A stretch of DNA of 64,000 nucleotides. It comes from Macrostomum hystrix (lineage: Eukaryota > Animalia > Platyhelminthes). Positions 62,601 through 64,000 of this stretch are shown in pieces; within the stretch, counting starts at the first letter, position 1, and each line of letters begins with the position of its first letter. The notes under the pieces were generated by a model. It had not been told where the DNA came from, searched no databases, and saw only the letters and a program-made list of their open reading frames with translations. The position numbers and the translations under genes are program-made. The stretch is from assembly GCA_950097015.1 (NCBI GenBank), contig CATNEN010000039.1, positions 13,454,001-13,518,000 on the forward strand. The letters run 5' to 3'.

Positions 62601-62639
62601 TGCACTGGTCGTGTTAGGGGTCGTCGTGGTAAAAGGACT

Positions 62640-63852
62640 TCTGTACTTCAGCTGTACTTCAAGATCCTTCAGTGACTCAGGTCACAGCTGTACTCCATGA
62701 TCCTTCAGTGACTCAGGCCACAGCTGTACTCCATAATCCTTCAGTGACTCAGGTCACAGCTATCCTTTATGATCCTTCACTGACTCAGGTCACAGCTATC
62801 CTTTATGATCCTTCAGCTGTGACTCAGGTCACAGCTATCCTTTATGATCCTTCAGTGACTCAGGTCACAGCTATCCTTTATGATCCTTCAGTGACTCAGG
62901 TCACAGCTATCCTTTATGATCCTTCAGTGACTCAGGTCACAGCTATCCTTTATGATCCTTCAGTGACTCAGGTCACAGCTATCCTTCATGATCCTTCAGT
63001 GACTCAGGTCACAGCTGTACTTCAAGATCCTTCAGTGACTCAGGTCACAGCTATCCTTTATGATCCTTCAGTGACTCAGGTCACAGCTATCCTTATGATC
63101 CTTCAGTGACTCAGGTCACAGCTGTACTTCAAGATCCTTCAGTGACTCAGGTCACAGCTATCCTTTATGATCCTTCAGCTGTGACTCAGGTCACAGCTAT
63201 CCTTATGATCCTTCAGTGACTCAGGTCACAGCTATCCTTTATGATCCTTCAGTGACTCAGGTCACAGCTATCCTTTATGATCCTTCAGTGACTCAGGTCA
63301 CAGCTATCCTTTATGATCCTTCAGTGACTCAGGTCACAGCTATCCTTTATGATCCTTCAGTGACTCACGTCACAGCTATCCTTATGATCCTTCAGTGACT
63401 CAGGTCACAGCTGTACTCCATGATCATTCAGTGACTCAGGTCACAGCTATGCTTTATGATCCTTCAGTGACTCAGGTCACAGCTGTACTTCAAGATCCTT
63501 CAGTGACTCAGGTCACAGCTATCCTTTATGATCCTTCAGCTGTGACTCAGGTCACAGCTATCCTTATGATCCTTCAGTGACTCAGGTCACAGCTATCCTT
63601 TATGATCCTTCAGTGACTCAGGTCACAGCTATCCTTTATGATCCTTCAGTGACTCAGGTCACAGCTATCCTTTATGATCCTTCAGTGACTCAGGTCACAG
63701 CTATCCTTTATGATCCTTCAGTGACTCACGTCACAGCTATCCTTATGATCCTTCAGTGACTCAGGTCACAGCTGTACTCCATGATCATTCAGTGACTCAG
63801 GTCACAGCTATGCTTTATGATCCTTCAGTGACTCAGGTCACAGCTGTACTGC
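62640..63852. repeat. 36-bp minisatellite (CAGTGACTCAGGTCACAGCTATCCTTTATGATCCTT)
   Basis: Tandem array; a block of variants repeats at ~361-bp offset (ORFs 63216/63577). Confidence 0.95.
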
Positions 63853-64000
63853 ATGAAGCTGCGAAAGTTGTACAAAGACTTAGGTCATGTTTTCAGTAAA
63901 CCGCTGAAATTCTCTAATTCCACATTTGGTGCAGAAAAACGGTACACTTCCTGTTTCTTAAGAGTTCTGAGTAAAGCTTTCTAAGCTGCTTTCCGAAAAA

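Noticed and set aside
43458-63759. Repetitive ORFs [22 protein letters not shown] and VTQVTAILYDPS (also LAVQPVDW at 28343)
   Set aside because: Same artefact: the unit length is a multiple of 3, so frames stay open by chance.

Overview
Intron-rich animal genomic DNA, not prokaryotic. GC-rich exons, AT-rich spacers and introns full of 14-37 bp minisatellites suggest a free-living flatworm such as Macrostomum (inference only). Four conserved multi-exon genes were spliced by hand: a p55-MAGUK most like MPP5/PALS1/Stardust (+, 949-10951), IFT81 (-, 27152-31969), SNRK (+, 36164-40030) and GCN1 (+, 42983-60438). An accessory region at about 15.6-25.9 kb holds a two-exon gene for a secreted, very Arg/Lys-rich protein that the ORF track misses. 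It also holds a tandem family of secreted Cys-rich/C-type lectins whose differences cluster in the ligand-binding loop, a lectin/ferritin chimeric relic, and decayed mariner and BEL/Pao fragments. Other mobile DNA: two hAT MITEs carrying an internal minisatellite, a 49-bp TIR-only element with an 8-bp TSD, a solo LTR, two tRNA-derived SINE families, and a Polinton/Maverick capsid-plus-protease relic near the right end. A histone-type 3' stem-loop lies in sense orientation in the last IFT81 intron with no histone gene nearby. All family assignments come from motif recognition by eye; no searches were run.
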